From Candidatus Iainarchaeum sp. (GTDB taxonomy: Archaea > Iainarchaeota > Iainarchaeia > Iainarchaeales > UBA10219): a DNA stretch of 64,000 bases. Made by a program: the position numbers and the translations under genes. A model generated the notes under the pieces. The model did no database searches. It saw nothing but the letters and a program-made list of their open reading frames with translations, and was not told the origin of the DNA. The DNA lies in NCBI GenBank assembly GCA_018304425.1, contig JAGVWE010000002.1, forward strand, positions 438,437 to 502,436. The letters are read 5' to 3'. Numbering within the stretch: position 1 is the first letter of the stretch; every line of letters begins with the position of its first letter. Below are positions 28,449 to 39,419 of the stretch, piece after piece.

Positions 28449-29837
28449 ATGCGTCCCGCTCTCCCCCTGATTGTGCTTCTCTCCCTGCTGTTGTTCTTGA
28501 GCGGCTGTTCTCTGCCCAAACCAGACTTCCTCAAAGGCATCCTCGCGCCCAGCCAACCCGAAGACTACTGCGCCAATTTCGTCTCCAAAGACGATTGCTA
28601 CCTCCAAGTGGCCCAGGAAAACCAGGCCCCCGAGTTCTGCAAAAAAATCGTCGACCCCCCCAAATCAGAGCAATGCCTGTTAGGCCTGGCGCTTTCCTCC
28701 AAGAACCGGGCCCTCTGCAACGTCTATTCCTCCGAACCAGGCAAGTGCCTCCGGCAACTCGCCCTTGCCACGAACGCAGTCGGCGTCTGCGCGGAAATAG
28801 AGGACCAGAACGTTTCCGACGACTGCTACCTCGCCATGGCAGCCAAGCTCTCCAACCCCACCACCTGCCTGCTGGCCCGCAGCCCTGCCCTCAAGGCGGA
28901 CTGCCTCTACATCCTGGCCCAGCAAACCAATTCCCCCCAGGCCTGCACCAACATCTTCGTGGACGCAACCCGTTACAAGTGCCTGTTCGACCTTTCCCTG
29001 AAACTCGCGAACCCGGAGGTGTGCAAGGCCCTTGAAGCCACTTACTCCGTGGACGACTGCTGGAAGGGCCTGGCCCTCGCCAAAAAGGATTCGCTGGCCT
29101 GTGACCGGATTTCAGAGGAAACCATGCGGGACGCCTGCCACTATGAGGTGGGAGCGGTGTCCGGCGAAACCATTGCCCTCAAAAACGACCTGGCCCTGCT
29201 CTGCGCCAAGCTCCCGGAAAAAAGCCAGGCGGCGGCCTGCCAGTCCAGGCTCTCCGCTTACCAGATAAGCGCGGACTTCTGCTCGGACATCGACTCCCAG
29301 CCCGAACGCGTGGAATGCCTGGACAAGCTCAACGCGTTCTTCGTTGACGCAAGCCTGTGCCCCGAATACCGCACGCGCGATGCCATGGACGCCTGCTTTG
29401 AATTCGTGGCCCTCCAGAAGTCGAGCCTCGAGACCTGCAAGCTCGTGGTGGACATTCCAAAAGAGCTGTCCTGCATCTACAAGCTCGCGGTCAAGGAAAA
29501 GAACCCCAAGCACTGCGCGGAAACCCACGTCACGGACTCCTTCGATTACCGGAACGAATGCTACAAGGAGGTCGCATTCCTATCCAAGCAGCCACGCAAC
29601 TGTGATTTCATCTACTTCCGCGAGAAACGCGCGGCCTGCCGCGCCGAGTTCGCGGTCCTCGACCAGAACTATGCCATCTGCAAGGAAATCCCCAACGAGG
29701 CCTTGTCCGACAGCAATGACCCCTTCTTCACGCGGGATTATTGCTTCAAGTCCGTGGTTGAAACAATCCGGGACAAGAGCCTGTGCGACTTCATCCAGGA
29801 CGCAAAGCGGAAGGAAGCCTGCCAAGCCGGCCAGTGA
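28449..29837 (+). CDS. Lipoprotein with many Cys-paired helical repeats (DxCY..LA...C)
   Basis: Lipobox LFLSGC; ~25-aa repeats such as KDDCYLQVAQENQAPEFCKKI. Confidence 0.82.
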   Translation: MRPALPLIVLLSLLLFLSGCSLPKPDFLKGILAPSQPEDYCANFVSKDDCYLQVAQENQAPEFCKKIVDPPKSEQCLLGLALSSKNRALCNVYSSEPGKCLRQLALATNAVGVCAEIEDQNVSDDCYLAMAAKLSNPTTCLLARSPALKADCLYILAQQTNSPQACTNIFVDATRYKCLFDLSLKLANPEVCKALEATYSVDDCWKGLALAKKDSLACDRISEETMRDACHYEVGAVSGETIALKNDLALLCAKLPEKSQAAACQSRLSAYQISADFCSDIDSQPERVECLDKLNAFFVDASLCPEYRTRDAMDACFEFVALQKSSLETCKLVVDIPKELSCIYKLAVKEKNPKHCAETHVTDSFDYRNECYKEVAFLSKQPRNCDFIYFREKRAACRAEFAVLDQNYAICKEIPNEALSDSNDPFFTRDYCFKSVVETIRDKSLCDFIQDAKRKEACQAGQ

Positions 29838-29839
29838 AG

Positions 29840-29919
29840 CCTTGACGACTCGTCAAGGTTTATTAACCAGTTAGCCCCTTTTATTGGATTCAAGGCAGCA
29901 GCCAAGGCAGCAGCCAAGG
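29840..29919. repeat. Perfect 8-bp-arm palindrome plus 12-bp tandem repeat upstream of the ABC operon
   Basis: ccttgacg-act-cgtcaagg (29840-29858) next to TATA-like tttattaa; caaggcagcagc x2.4 (29891-29919). Confidence 0.7.
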
Positions 29920-29951
29920 AAGTGGCTGCCTAAGGGTATAAGGGTGAGGCC

Positions 29952-31004
29952 GTGCCGTTTGGAATCAGGGAAAACATCGAACCATATTCCGGCAGAAACG
30001 TCATCGAAGCCGAAAACGTCGTCAAGGTGTTCAAGAAAAACGAGCCCACCCACAACCCCCTCAAGGACTTCCTCTTCCCCTCCTACAAGCCCTTCACCGC
30101 CCTCAACGGGGTTTCCCTGAAGATAAAGCGCGGCGAGGTCTTCGGCCTCCTCGGCCCCAACGGCTCGGGGAAAACAACCTTCATCAAGATACTCACCGGC
30201 CTGCTCCAGCCCACGCAGGGAAAGGTCCTGATCCACGGCAAACCCGCCGAACAAAACCTGCGCCGCATCGGCGTGATGTTCGGCTTCAACATGATTTATT
30301 ACCGGTTGACGGGTTATGCCAACCTCAAGTACTCAGCCAAACTCTACAAGGTCAAGAACTACAAGCAACGCATCAACGAACTGGCGCGGATGCTGGGCCT
30401 CGAGAACTGGCTTTACTCTTACGTCGAAAACTATTCACTGGGCATGAAATCCAAGCTGGCCCTGGCCCGCGCCCTCATCCACGACCCTGAAATCCTCTTC
30501 CTCGACGAGCCCACCCTCGGTTTGGACCCCAAGATTTCGCTTTCCCTGCGCGAGGACATCCGGGAAATGGACAAAACCATCATAATCACCACGCACAACA
30601 TGGAGGAAGCCAACGAGCTCTGCGACCGCATTGGCATCATCAAGAACGGCAGCCTCATCCGCGTCGGAACCCCGGCGTACCTCAAGAAACTCGTCTCCGA
30701 GAACATCATCGTCAACATAGGCCTCGCCTTCTTCGGCAACGAACTCATCAACACGCTTTCAACCCAGCCCTACGTGCACAACGTGTCCCTCTCCCAAACA
30801 GGGGTGCGGATTTACCTTGAAAGCAAGGACTACCTCCCAAAACTACTGTCCATCCTCGGAAGCTACAACACCACCAGCATCAATGAGGAAGAGCCCACGC
30901 TGGTGGATGTCTTCATCCGCCTCACGCAGGGCGAGGTTCCCCCGGCCAGAAACCCGGAATCCGATGACGAGGACACGGGCACACAGATGCAGGAACCCAT
31001 TTAA
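29952..31004 (+). CDS. ABC-2 type exporter, ATP-binding subunit
   Basis: GPNGSGKTT, YSLGMK signature, ILFLDEPT, TTHNMEEA. Confidence 0.95.
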   Translation: MPFGIRENIEPYSGRNVIEAENVVKVFKKNEPTHNPLKDFLFPSYKPFTALNGVSLKIKRGEVFGLLGPNGSGKTTFIKILTGLLQPTQGKVLIHGKPAEQNLRRIGVMFGFNMIYYRLTGYANLKYSAKLYKVKNYKQRINELARMLGLENWLYSYVENYSLGMKSKLALARALIHDPEILFLDEPTLGLDPKISLSLREDIREMDKTIIITTHNMEEANELCDRIGIIKNGSLIRVGTPAYLKKLVSENIIVNIGLAFFGNELINTLSTQPYVHNVSLSQTGVRIYLESKDYLPKLLSILGSYNTTSINEEEPTLVDVFIRLTQGEVPPARNPESDDEDTGTQMQEPI

Positions 31005-31018
31005 CCTAACCCAAAAAA

Positions 31019-31849
31019 GTGAATGCCATGCAGCTCATCGATGAATCCCTGGCCATTGCCGAAAAAGAAGTAGGCCTATCCGTGCGATACATCCTCCCCT
31101 TTTTCACCAACAGCCTGATTTCCCCCCTCATCAAGGTCATGCCCTTCCTGCTGGTCTATGGCGGCTTCTTCTCAGCCAACCCCAGCGCGGCCCTCGCTGG
31201 CCACGTAAAACCCGAAACCTTCATCCCGTTCCTGTTCCTCGGCATAACCGCGGACATCTTCTTCAGCATCGGTTACAGCACGTTCAGCTCGAAATTCATG
31301 GTCGAAAAATGGTGGCAGACCATGGAAATCATCATCCTCGCACCCATCAACAAGCTATCCCTCATCACGGGCATAGGCCTGGGCGACCTCATCTCCACCT
31401 TCCCGACCCTTGTCCTCTTCCTGGGCCTCGCCTACTACTTCACGCCCCTGGGCTTCCTCGACCTGATAAAAGTTTTAATCATCTTCCTGCTCCTGTTCAT
31501 GATTTCGCTGAGCATCGGCTTGATCACCAGCTGTGCCGCCCTGTTCAACGAAAACCTGGCCCCCTTCTTCGGCTACCTCCGAGTGATCATCTCCTTCGTC
31601 TCCGCCTTTTACTACCCCATCGAAGTCCTCAAAACAGACAAGCTAGGGGCCCTCGGCCAGTTCCTGCCGGTCATCGCCACCTTCAACCCCCTCTACCAGG
31701 CCAACTTCATCATCCGCGCCATCTGGTTCGAAGGCATTACCCCCATCAACTCCGTCATTTACGTGCTCTTCTTCGCCATCATCTCCCCCATTGCAGCAGT
31801 CTACGTCTTCAACAAGCTCTGGTCCACCATCGGCATCCAAGGCTACTAG
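31019..31849 (+). CDS. ABC-2 type exporter, permease
   Basis: Six TM; EKWWQTMEIIILAP, SAFYYP, FNPLY motifs. Confidence 0.9.
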   Translation: MNAMQLIDESLAIAEKEVGLSVRYILPFFTNSLISPLIKVMPFLLVYGGFFSANPSAALAGHVKPETFIPFLFLGITADIFFSIGYSTFSSKFMVEKWWQTMEIIILAPINKLSLITGIGLGDLISTFPTLVLFLGLAYYFTPLGFLDLIKVLIIFLLLFMISLSIGLITSCAALFNENLAPFFGYLRVIISFVSAFYYPIEVLKTDKLGALGQFLPVIATFNPLYQANFIIRAIWFEGITPINSVIYVLFFAIISPIAAVYVFNKLWSTIGIQGY

Positions 31850-31855
31850 CCGCTG

Positions 31856-31882
31856 GCCTCCACTGCCTCCACTGCCTCCACT
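31856..31882. repeat. 9-bp tandem repeat x3
   Basis: gcctccact x3 between the permease stop and the next promoter. Confidence 0.8.
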
Positions 31883-31917
31883 ATAGGTTTTTATTCGGAT
31901 GAACCCTATTATATCCC

Positions 31918-33483
31918 ATGAACAAGCGCAGCAGTCTGGTCTTGGTCTTGGCCTTGTTCCTGCTGGCAGCCGTCATGAACTACTCCATCCACTACAATTA
32001 CCCCCTGCCCATCCACTCCGACGAATACGACCACCTGGCCATCATCCGCGAAATGGAGGACACCGGCAAGCACACCTGGTACGACCCCTACATCGTCCAG
32101 AAAAGGCACGCCCAACGCAACCTCGAAATAAACTTTGACATCTTCCTCTACGTCTTTGCGGCCCTCACCGGCCTCAACCTCGAACACCTGCCCCTCCTCC
32201 TGCCCATCTTCTTCTCCTTCCTCCTCAGCCTCTCCTCCTTCATCCTCGTGTACGCCCTCACCAAAAGAGACCTGGCCGCCTTCTTCGCCAGCGTATTCGT
32301 GTTCCTGTTGCCCAACAACATAGCCTTCCTCGGCTACTGGTTCCTGGTGCCCATGTCCATCGGCCTCGCCGCCCTCCCCCTGCTCTCCCACGCCTTCCTC
32401 AAGTCCTTCCACTCCTGGCCCTACACCCTCACGCTCTACCTCTTCCTCATCGCCTTGACCTTGACTCATGCCGTCTACACGGCTTCCCTCGTCCCGGCCT
32501 TCCTCTTCTTCCTCTTGTTTTCCCTCCACGAGTTCAAGAACAAGCACAACCTCCTAAAGCTCGCCCTGGGCTGCCTCCTCCTCCTCGGCTTGACCGCTTT
32601 CTTCGTTGAATGGAACCCGGCCAACCCCCTCGAAACCCTGAGCCTCATTGCTTACCTCCTGGTCTGGCCCTATGGCACGCACACCGCCGAATACCCCTTG
32701 ACCAGCTACCTAGGCCCAGTCCTCGGCGCCCTCGCCCTCGCCGGCGCCGCCTACTCCTTGTTCCCCCTCCTGAACCGCTTCCTACCCGCACTCACCAACC
32801 GCTTCCCCCTCCTCCGAAGCGCCCGCCAAACCGTGCACCACGCCAAATACCCGGTGCTCTTCGCCTTGCTCCTCTTCGGCGTGCGCGTCTCCGCCGACTA
32901 CACGGGAACCTGCCTCCTCGGACCCTGCCGGCGCACGGTCCCCGGCCTCGCCATCCTCGTATTCATCCTCGCCGCCCTCGGCTTCTACGCCTTCCTCGTC
33001 TTCCTCAACAAGCTGCTCGTGCGCGTCAGCGAACGCCCCTACCGCATCATGCGAGCCGCCATCTTCCTGCTGGTCCTGGTCTTCCTCCTCCACGAACTCC
33101 TCACCCAACCCTTCCAATACGCCAACGACCCCGTGAAAGGCCTATACTATAACATCGAGTTAAACGAGGTGCCCGCGCTTTCCTGGATCAAGGACTTCAC
33201 GCCCCAGGACACGGTCGTTTTCGCCTTGCCCTGGACCGCGAAAGCCGTTTACCTGCTTTCCGGGCGAAAAGTCGTGGACACCGGGGCCGCAAGGCTCGGC
33301 AACAGCCTTCCCTCCCTCCAAGGAATCGTGAACTTCTTCCTCGTAGACTGCGCGGCCAAAGAAAAGGCTCTGGCCAAATGGCCCAGCGACTTAATCTACG
33401 CCGGCAAAGGCTTCGTGGACTGCCCGAACCTCGACCAAATCCTGAACAGCGGAGGCAATTACGCCTATGTTGAAAACGACTGA
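31918..33483 (+). CDS. Polytopic membrane protein, probable GT-C fold glycosyltransferase
   Basis: PIHSDEYDH acidic motif in the first loop, about 12 TM, soluble C-terminal domain after ALSWIKDFTP. Confidence 0.7.
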   Translation: MNKRSSLVLVLALFLLAAVMNYSIHYNYPLPIHSDEYDHLAIIREMEDTGKHTWYDPYIVQKRHAQRNLEINFDIFLYVFAALTGLNLEHLPLLLPIFFSFLLSLSSFILVYALTKRDLAAFFASVFVFLLPNNIAFLGYWFLVPMSIGLAALPLLSHAFLKSFHSWPYTLTLYLFLIALTLTHAVYTASLVPAFLFFLLFSLHEFKNKHNLLKLALGCLLLLGLTAFFVEWNPANPLETLSLIAYLLVWPYGTHTAEYPLTSYLGPVLGALALAGAAYSLFPLLNRFLPALTNRFPLLRSARQTVHHAKYPVLFALLLFGVRVSADYTGTCLLGPCRRTVPGLAILVFILAALGFYAFLVFLNKLLVRVSERPYRIMRAAIFLLVLVFLLHELLTQPFQYANDPVKGLYYNIELNEVPALSWIKDFTPQDTVVFALPWTAKAVYLLSGRKVVDTGAARLGNSLPSLQGIVNFFLVDCAAKEKALAKWPSDLIYAGKGFVDCPNLDQILNSGGNYAYVEND

Positions 33484-33871
33484 ATCCAGGCTCATGCTCC
33501 TAACGCTTTCCGCCAGCGCGCTCGCCTACGCCATGAAGTCACACTGGCTCCCGCCCCTCACCGAATTCCAGGCAATCCTCGGCATCTTCCTATCCTTTGT
33601 CCCGGTCGGCTACCAGTTCACGTCCGCGCTCTTCTCCAAAGACCAGCTCTCGTTCCCGGAAAAAACCGCGCTCACCCTCTTCTCCTCCTATGCCATGATT
33701 TCCACGACCTACTTCGCTTCCAGCCTGTTCCTCGGCCTTTCCTTTTCCTTCAAGAACAGCCTCCTCACCGTCAACCTCCTGGCCCTCTTCTTCTACGCGG
33801 CCTACCTCCTGCGCTTCCACCTCAAAAGCCTCCCAATTCCAGCAAAACTAAGAAGCGCCCTCGGTGAATGA
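33467..33871 (+). CDS. Membrane protein, DUF1616 N-terminal-like
   Basis: ILGIFLSFVPVGY...ALF...LSFPEKTALTLFSS pattern; 4 TM. Confidence 0.6.
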   Translation: MLKTTESRLMLLTLSASALAYAMKSHWLPPLTEFQAILGIFLSFVPVGYQFTSALFSKDQLSFPEKTALTLFSSYAMISTTYFASSLFLGLSFSFKNSLLTVNLLALFFYAAYLLRFHLKSLPIPAKLRSALGE

Positions 33872-34304
33872 CATGTGGGAAAAAGAAATGTACCTGAACA
33901 AGTCCATCACGGACATCCTGGTATGGATGACCATCGCAGCCTGCTTACTCGCCCTGTTCCTGCTCTCCTCCGCCGGTTCCCCCCGGTACGGTTCGGCCCT
34001 CTACCTCAAGCCCACCAGCTACTCCAACTACGTCAATGACGACACCGTAACCTTCGTCTTCGGCGTCAAAAACTATGAAGCCACTGACATAAATTACCTC
34101 ATCGAAGTAAGGGCCGGAGACTATTTGCTCAAAAAACAGTCCCTCTTCGTGCCACGGCGCCAGCGCCTCGAAAAATCCGAGACCCTCTCCATTGACCCGG
34201 CCAAAACCAGGCTCGTTTACCCCGCCAAGCTACGGGTCATCCTCTCCAAACCCGGTTCCCCCGAAAAACAGGCGGTCTTCTACTGGCTCAAAGAAGCCCG
34301 CTAA
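33864..34304 (+). CDS. Single-TM protein with beta domain, DUF1616 C-terminal-like
   Basis: TM followed by SALYL, FGVKNYE...Y and VFYW at the end. Confidence 0.6.
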   Translation: MNDMWEKEMYLNKSITDILVWMTIAACLLALFLLSSAGSPRYGSALYLKPTSYSNYVNDDTVTFVFGVKNYEATDINYLIEVRAGDYLLKKQSLFVPRRQRLEKSETLSIDPAKTRLVYPAKLRVILSKPGSPEKQAVFYWLKEAR

Positions 34305-34315
34305 CCAAGGCCCGC

Positions 34316-37300
34316 CTAATACTTTTCCCGTTCAAAGTGCAGGGTCAAGTAAAGCAAGACGATTTCAATGATGGCCGTGGCAATGCCGGCCTCGAAGCCG
34401 AACGCCTTGTTGAACACCAGGGGCACGAAAAAGAAGCCGGTGCCGACCCCCAACCGGATTCCCCGCTCCACCGCAATTTCCCGCGGGCTCTTCACGATTT
34501 CCAGTTCCTCCCTGAACAGGGCCTGGCTCCGGTCATATGCCAGCACCATGGAAATCATGGACAGCAACAGCAGCACCATCACCAGCAACGGCATCTCCAG
34601 CACGCGCGGCCCGAACGCCACAGCCGGCAACACCATCAACTGTTTCTGGCTGGCAACCCACTGGGACAACCCGTTAAACTCCTTCCCGGTCGAAAGCGTG
34701 TACTTATACGCTTCCACCCGGTACTTGCCTGATTCCTCAATCCGATACCTCGCCACGCCCCGCTCATCGGTCTGCAGCTTCACCAGACTGCCACTCGGCG
34801 AGACGATGGACACGGTGGCCTGCCTCAAATCCCCCAACAAGGGGTGCGAGACCCGCACGATTTGCTCTTCGCCCACCACGGGCTCGGCCCGCTCAAACGA
34901 AAGCTGCAACGGCAACCCCGAGATGACGGCCTCCGTGGGCCCACAACCTTCATCCGCCTTGCCATTTCCATTGTCGTCCACCCCATTGCCGCAGACCTCG
35001 ACTTCCGCTTCCTCGCAACCCTCGTCCACGTAACCGTTCACGTTGTCATCCAAGTCATTGCCGCAAACCTCTTCCAGGGAAACGGTCTTCGAGACCTCCA
35101 CAACGTTGTTGACTTCATTGCTTTCCTTGTTCTCGTTTTCCGCGTCCACCCACAAATAATACCTGGCTTCCCGCAGCTGTTCCCCGGCATTCACCTTGAA
35201 CGCCAGTTCCCTGGACTCCAGGGGCTGGAGACCATCAACTTTGGCCTCCCCCACGGGCTTCCCCTCCAGGCCGCCGGCGAACAGCGCGGCCTTGAACGGC
35301 CCCACTTCCTTTTCCCCCGAATTGACGACCTCAAACCGCAAGTCATAGTCCTGGTTCTGCAACAACGTTGCGCCCAGCGGTGCCACCAAACCAGCACGCA
35401 AGTCAGCAAAGTCCGAGCCAAACACCTTGACCTCGAATTCCGCTGCATCCTTGAGCCCCGAGTCATCGGTAACCGTCAACCCAACCTTTTTGACGCCAAT
35501 GCCCTTGAAGCTATGCGTGACCCTCGCCCCCCTGATCTTGCCTTCCTCCCCGAAATCCCATTCATAGGAGGCAATGCTTCCGTCATCCGTTGACTCCGCA
35601 GCATCGAACACCGTGCGCAGATTCACATAGGTTTTTTCCTGGGCCCTCGGCCGCGCCCTCGGCTTTATGCCGGCCACGATTCCCTGTTTTGCCGTTCCAT
35701 GAATGCCATCGTTGTCCCTTACCCTCAACCCCACCTCATACTCGCCGATTCTTCCAAACACGTGGGAAACCCTTGCCCCCTCCGCCTTTTCCCCATCCCC
35801 GAAGTCCCATTGGTAGGCCTGGATGCTGCCATCCCGGTCCACCGACTTTTCCGCCGAAAAAGCCACGGCCAACGGCGGCAAGCCTTCCACCTTATCCGCC
35901 TCGACAACCGCCAACGGTTCGTTTCCCACCACCACTGTTTTCTTGGCTTCGTTGACCTGGCCCTCGTTGTCCGTTACCCGCAGCCGCACCTCATACTCGC
36001 CGTTCCCGGCATAGGTGTGCGCGGCCTCCACGCGGTTCGAGGTTGCCCCATCCCCGAAGTCCCATTGGTAGGCCTGGATGCTGCCATCCTCGTCCACCGA
36101 TTTACCGGCGTCAAACGCGATGGTCAAGGGAGCTGCGCCCTTCTCCGCTGAAGCCCTGATTACGGGAGTCGGCTCCCTCCGGCAGACAATCTGCAACGTG
36201 ATCTCCTTGGAATTGTTCTTCGCATCCGCGTCCCGCACATCCTCAATCGACAGGATGAACGTTACCGCCCCACACAACCCAGTGGTATCCAATTCCACGA
36301 CCTGCTGGATGGGCTGCTCCAGCACCAGCACCCGCACGCTGTCCAAGCCGCCAACGCCCTCCTTGTTCACCGCCTTCAGCGTGGCCACGTAAAGCCCCGC
36401 CTCCTTATATGCATGGCTCACCTGGGTCGCCGGCGGTTGGAAGGACACGTCAAAGGTTCCATCCCCGTCAAAGTCCAGCTCATACCGCATCACTTCGCTG
36501 CCCTCCGTCACGGACTTGTCGGCATCAAACACGACGTTCAAGGGCTTCACGCCATAAAACGGCGTGGCCGTCAACACCGCGTTCGGCGGAACCCCACCGG
36601 CAAAAGGCGACTGCAGCCACGCAATCCCCGGACTGCCCCTCAACCGGGCTTTCTCCGCCGCCAAATACCCCACGATGTTCGCATAGTCCACCGCCAGGTT
36701 CGTTATGGGCAACTCAATGGACTTGAATTCCGCCAACGGCTTGTCCTCCGCCCCCTTCAAGTACACGCGCACCGTGAACGGCGAGCTCTTGGCCGCTCCA
36801 AAGTTGTCCACGCTCACGTTCACCTTCACCTTTTCCCCGCTGTTCACCACCAGTTTTTCCGGTGCAGCCGTCTTGATCACCAGGTCGGCTTCCTTGCAGG
36901 TGCCGCAGTCCCCCGAACAATAGGCGGGGGAATTCGGGTTACAGGTCTCGTTCAGGCAAAAATTGTCCCCGCACACGCCCTCCGACTGGATGGTCGTTTC
37001 GCACAAGCCGTTCGTGCACGCGCACACGTTAAACACCGTTTCCCCTTTCGCCGGGAAATCCTGTCCCACCGCGTAATCACAGCCTCCAACGCCCACGCAC
37101 TGGACATCCGACTTGCATTCCACCGCCTGGCAGTCCTGGGCGCAACTGGTCGGGTCTTCCCCGATTTTTTCCTCGCACAAGCCGTCCCCGCACTTAGGCG
37201 GAGCGCAGTCCGAGGGGCAGGAGGCATAGTCCTCGCCATACCGGGAATTGCACAACAAGTCCCCGCACACCGCACAATACTGCGCGCAACCGGTTTTCCC

Positions 37301-37735
37301 CCCATAGGCGTCTGTAATCCACTGGCAGCACTGCATGGTTTCCACGCAGTCGCCAGGACAGTCCAAGACGCTTTCCCCGTCCTCGCACACGCTGTTCCCG
37401 CACACGGGCTTGCAGTCCCCAGGGCAGGTGCCCGACGACTCGCTTCCATCGCATTGGCCGTTCCCGCAACTCACCATCGGGCAGTCGTTGGGGCAGTTCT
37501 TGAACGACTCGTTCTGCTCGCAGGCATAGTTGCCGCAACTGTCCGGCCCGCAATAGCAGGCCTTGGTGTTGGAGTTGCACAACGGAATGCTGTCCGTTTC
37601 TCCCGCACAGGAAACACTCCGGCATTCCTCGTCCGACCGGCAAAAAGCCGTTACACTCGTTGCCAGCACGAAAAACGCAAACGCAACCAACCAAAGCCTC
37701 GGGCCCCACATTCCCATTCCTTCACTCCCTGCCAA
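34316..37735 (-). CDS. Multidomain surface protein: Cys-rich repeats, CARDB, four PKD domains, CARDB, Cys/Asp repeats, C-terminal TMs
   Basis: CGxxxCxxxExxxxCPxDC repeats, three WDFG PKD motifs plus LDFDGDG, ESNEVNN (CARDB), EVCGNxxDDNxNGxxDEGC x2. Confidence 0.88.
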   Translation of the reverse strand: MAGSEGMGMWGPRLWLVAFAFFVLATSVTAFCRSDEECRSVSCAGETDSIPLCNSNTKACYCGPDSCGNYACEQNESFKNCPNDCPMVSCGNGQCDGSESSGTCPGDCKPVCGNSVCEDGESVLDCPGDCVETMQCCQWITDAYGGKTGCAQYCAVCGDLLCNSRYGEDYASCPSDCAPPKCGDGLCEEKIGEDPTSCAQDCQAVECKSDVQCVGVGGCDYAVGQDFPAKGETVFNVCACTNGLCETTIQSEGVCGDNFCLNETCNPNSPAYCSGDCGTCKEADLVIKTAAPEKLVVNSGEKVKVNVSVDNFGAAKSSPFTVRVYLKGAEDKPLAEFKSIELPITNLAVDYANIVGYLAAEKARLRGSPGIAWLQSPFAGGVPPNAVLTATPFYGVKPLNVVFDADKSVTEGSEVMRYELDFDGDGTFDVSFQPPATQVSHAYKEAGLYVATLKAVNKEGVGGLDSVRVLVLEQPIQQVVELDTTGLCGAVTFILSIEDVRDADAKNNSKEITLQIVCRREPTPVIRASAEKGAAPLTIAFDAGKSVDEDGSIQAYQWDFGDGATSNRVEAAHTYAGNGEYEVRLRVTDNEGQVNEAKKTVVVGNEPLAVVEADKVEGLPPLAVAFSAEKSVDRDGSIQAYQWDFGDGEKAEGARVSHVFGRIGEYEVGLRVRDNDGIHGTAKQGIVAGIKPRARPRAQEKTYVNLRTVFDAAESTDDGSIASYEWDFGEEGKIRGARVTHSFKGIGVKKVGLTVTDDSGLKDAAEFEVKVFGSDFADLRAGLVAPLGATLLQNQDYDLRFEVVNSGEKEVGPFKAALFAGGLEGKPVGEAKVDGLQPLESRELAFKVNAGEQLREARYYLWVDAENENKESNEVNNVVEVSKTVSLEEVCGNDLDDNVNGYVDEGCEEAEVEVCGNGVDDNGNGKADEGCGPTEAVISGLPLQLSFERAEPVVGEEQIVRVSHPLLGDLRQATVSIVSPSGSLVKLQTDERGVARYRIEESGKYRVEAYKYTLSTGKEFNGLSQWVASQKQLMVLPAVAFGPRVLEMPLLVMVLLLLSMISMVLAYDRSQALFREELEIVKSPREIAVERGIRLGVGTGFFFVPLVFNKAFGFEAGIATAIIEIVLLYLTLHFEREKY

Positions 37736-37788
37736 TATAATGCGTCTCCCCCATTATAATGTTTTTGCCCCGCCCTGTTGCACGCCCT

Positions 37789-39330
37789 TTAAGCGGGTTT
37801 TCCCGTCCCAGTCCGCGCTGCGGCCGCGGGCTCCACACGTTTCTCCTGCTTTATGGGTATGGTAAAGCAAAAGGTAGCCCCCTTGCCCAGCTCGGATTCC
37901 ACCCAAATCTTGCCTCCATGCGCTTCAATCAAGCCCTTGCAGATACTCAGCCCCAGCCCGGTTCCCTTGAATTCCTCGCTGACAGCCGACCTAACCTGGT
38001 AAAACTTCTGGAACAACTTCGGCACTTCTTCCTTGGCGATGCCGATGCCGTTGTCCGACACGCTTACCTGCACCAGTTTCCCGGCCTTTTTGGCCTCTAC
38101 GCGGATCTTCCCCCTTTCCGACGTGAACTTCACGGCATTGTGGATGAGGTTGGTCAACACGCGCATCAACGCATTCTTGTCCGCTTCAATCATGGGCACG
38201 TCCTTTCCAACCTGGATTTCCATGCGCAGCTCCTTTCGGATGGCGAACCCCATCATTTCCTGGACCGCGTTCTTGATTACCTCCCCCACGTTCATGGACT
38301 CGCAATTCAATTGAAGCCGGCCCGATTCAATCCTCGACAGGCTCGACAGGTCCTCGATGAGGTTCTGGGAGAGGCTGATGCTCCTCGAAATGATTTCCAG
38401 GCTCTCGCGTTGCTTGCGGTTCAAGGGCCCGAAATGCTCTTCCAACAACAGCTCCAGGTAGCCCTTGATGGGCGTCAACGGCGTCTTCAACTCGTGCGTC
38501 ATGATGTTGAAGAAGTCCTGCCGCGACTTCTCCTCCTGCTTGAGCTTGGCCAGGGTATCCTTGAAGCCCTGCTCTTCTTCCACCAAGTCGTTCACGTCCA
38601 CGAACAGCAACTGCAACGCCGGGGGATTTCCTGCCAGCACCGAGTAATCGATGCGGTAGGCTCGGTCCTTGCCGTTCTTGGCCTTTACCCGGGCCTCGAA
38701 GCGGCCGCTCTTCCCCTTGGCCAACAGCTCCTGGCCCTGCCCAGGGCCCAGGAAGCCCAGGGCTTCCGCGTTATAGCCCAGCACCTCCGCGTTCGAGTAC
38801 CTGAATTCCTCCAAGAACTCGGCATTCACCGACTCAAACCGGCCCACGCCATCCACCACGGCCATGGCCTCGTTGGCGGCCTCAAACAGTTTCCGGTACA
38901 ATTCCTGGTCAGGAGCCTCTTCCACGGTGCGCGCGATGCCGTGCACGCCCACAATCTTTTCCCCTGCCTTCATGGGCTTCGCGCTGATCTCGATGAACAA
39001 GTGCTTTCCCGCCTTGTCCACCACCGCGGTCTTATGCCCGTACACGGCTTTGCCCTTCAACACCTTCTCCAGTTCCCGCACATCCGACAGCACCCGTTCC
39101 GGCACCAGGATGCGGGTAAAGCTCTTGCCAATGAGTTCCTGCCGCTGGACGCCCAGCCGTTCCTCGGCCCGCTTGTTCAGGTACGTAAAGTTCCCGTTCT
39201 CGTCCAACTCGAAAACCGATTCGGGCGCGTTCTCCAGCAACTCCGCATGTTCTTCCCGTAACCGGGCTACTTCCGCCCGTAACCGCCCGATTTCGGCGTC
39301 CCTCTCCTGCAAGGCTTCCGCTGCCACCAT
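37789..39330 (-). CDS. Cytoplasmic PAS-PAS sensor histidine kinase (HisKA + HATPase)
   Basis: [37 protein letters not shown]; two PAS-like repeats; no TM. Confidence 0.95.
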   Translation of the reverse strand: MVAAEALQERDAEIGRLRAEVARLREEHAELLENAPESVFELDENGNFTYLNKRAEERLGVQRQELIGKSFTRILVPERVLSDVRELEKVLKGKAVYGHKTAVVDKAGKHLFIEISAKPMKAGEKIVGVHGIARTVEEAPDQELYRKLFEAANEAMAVVDGVGRFESVNAEFLEEFRYSNAEVLGYNAEALGFLGPGQGQELLAKGKSGRFEARVKAKNGKDRAYRIDYSVLAGNPPALQLLFVDVNDLVEEEQGFKDTLAKLKQEEKSRQDFFNIMTHELKTPLTPIKGYLELLLEEHFGPLNRKQRESLEIISRSISLSQNLIEDLSSLSRIESGRLQLNCESMNVGEVIKNAVQEMMGFAIRKELRMEIQVGKDVPMIEADKNALMRVLTNLIHNAVKFTSERGKIRVEAKKAGKLVQVSVSDNGIGIAKEEVPKLFQKFYQVRSAVSEEFKGTGLGLSICKGLIEAHGGKIWVESELGKGATFCFTIPIKQEKRVEPAAAARTGTGKPA

Positions 39331-39419
39331 TTCCCGTTCCCTCTAAAGCGTTACTTATATTAAGCGGTAGTTCTTTATATTACTAACACCGCGGAAAACC
39401 CGCCAAAAGGCCTTTACTC

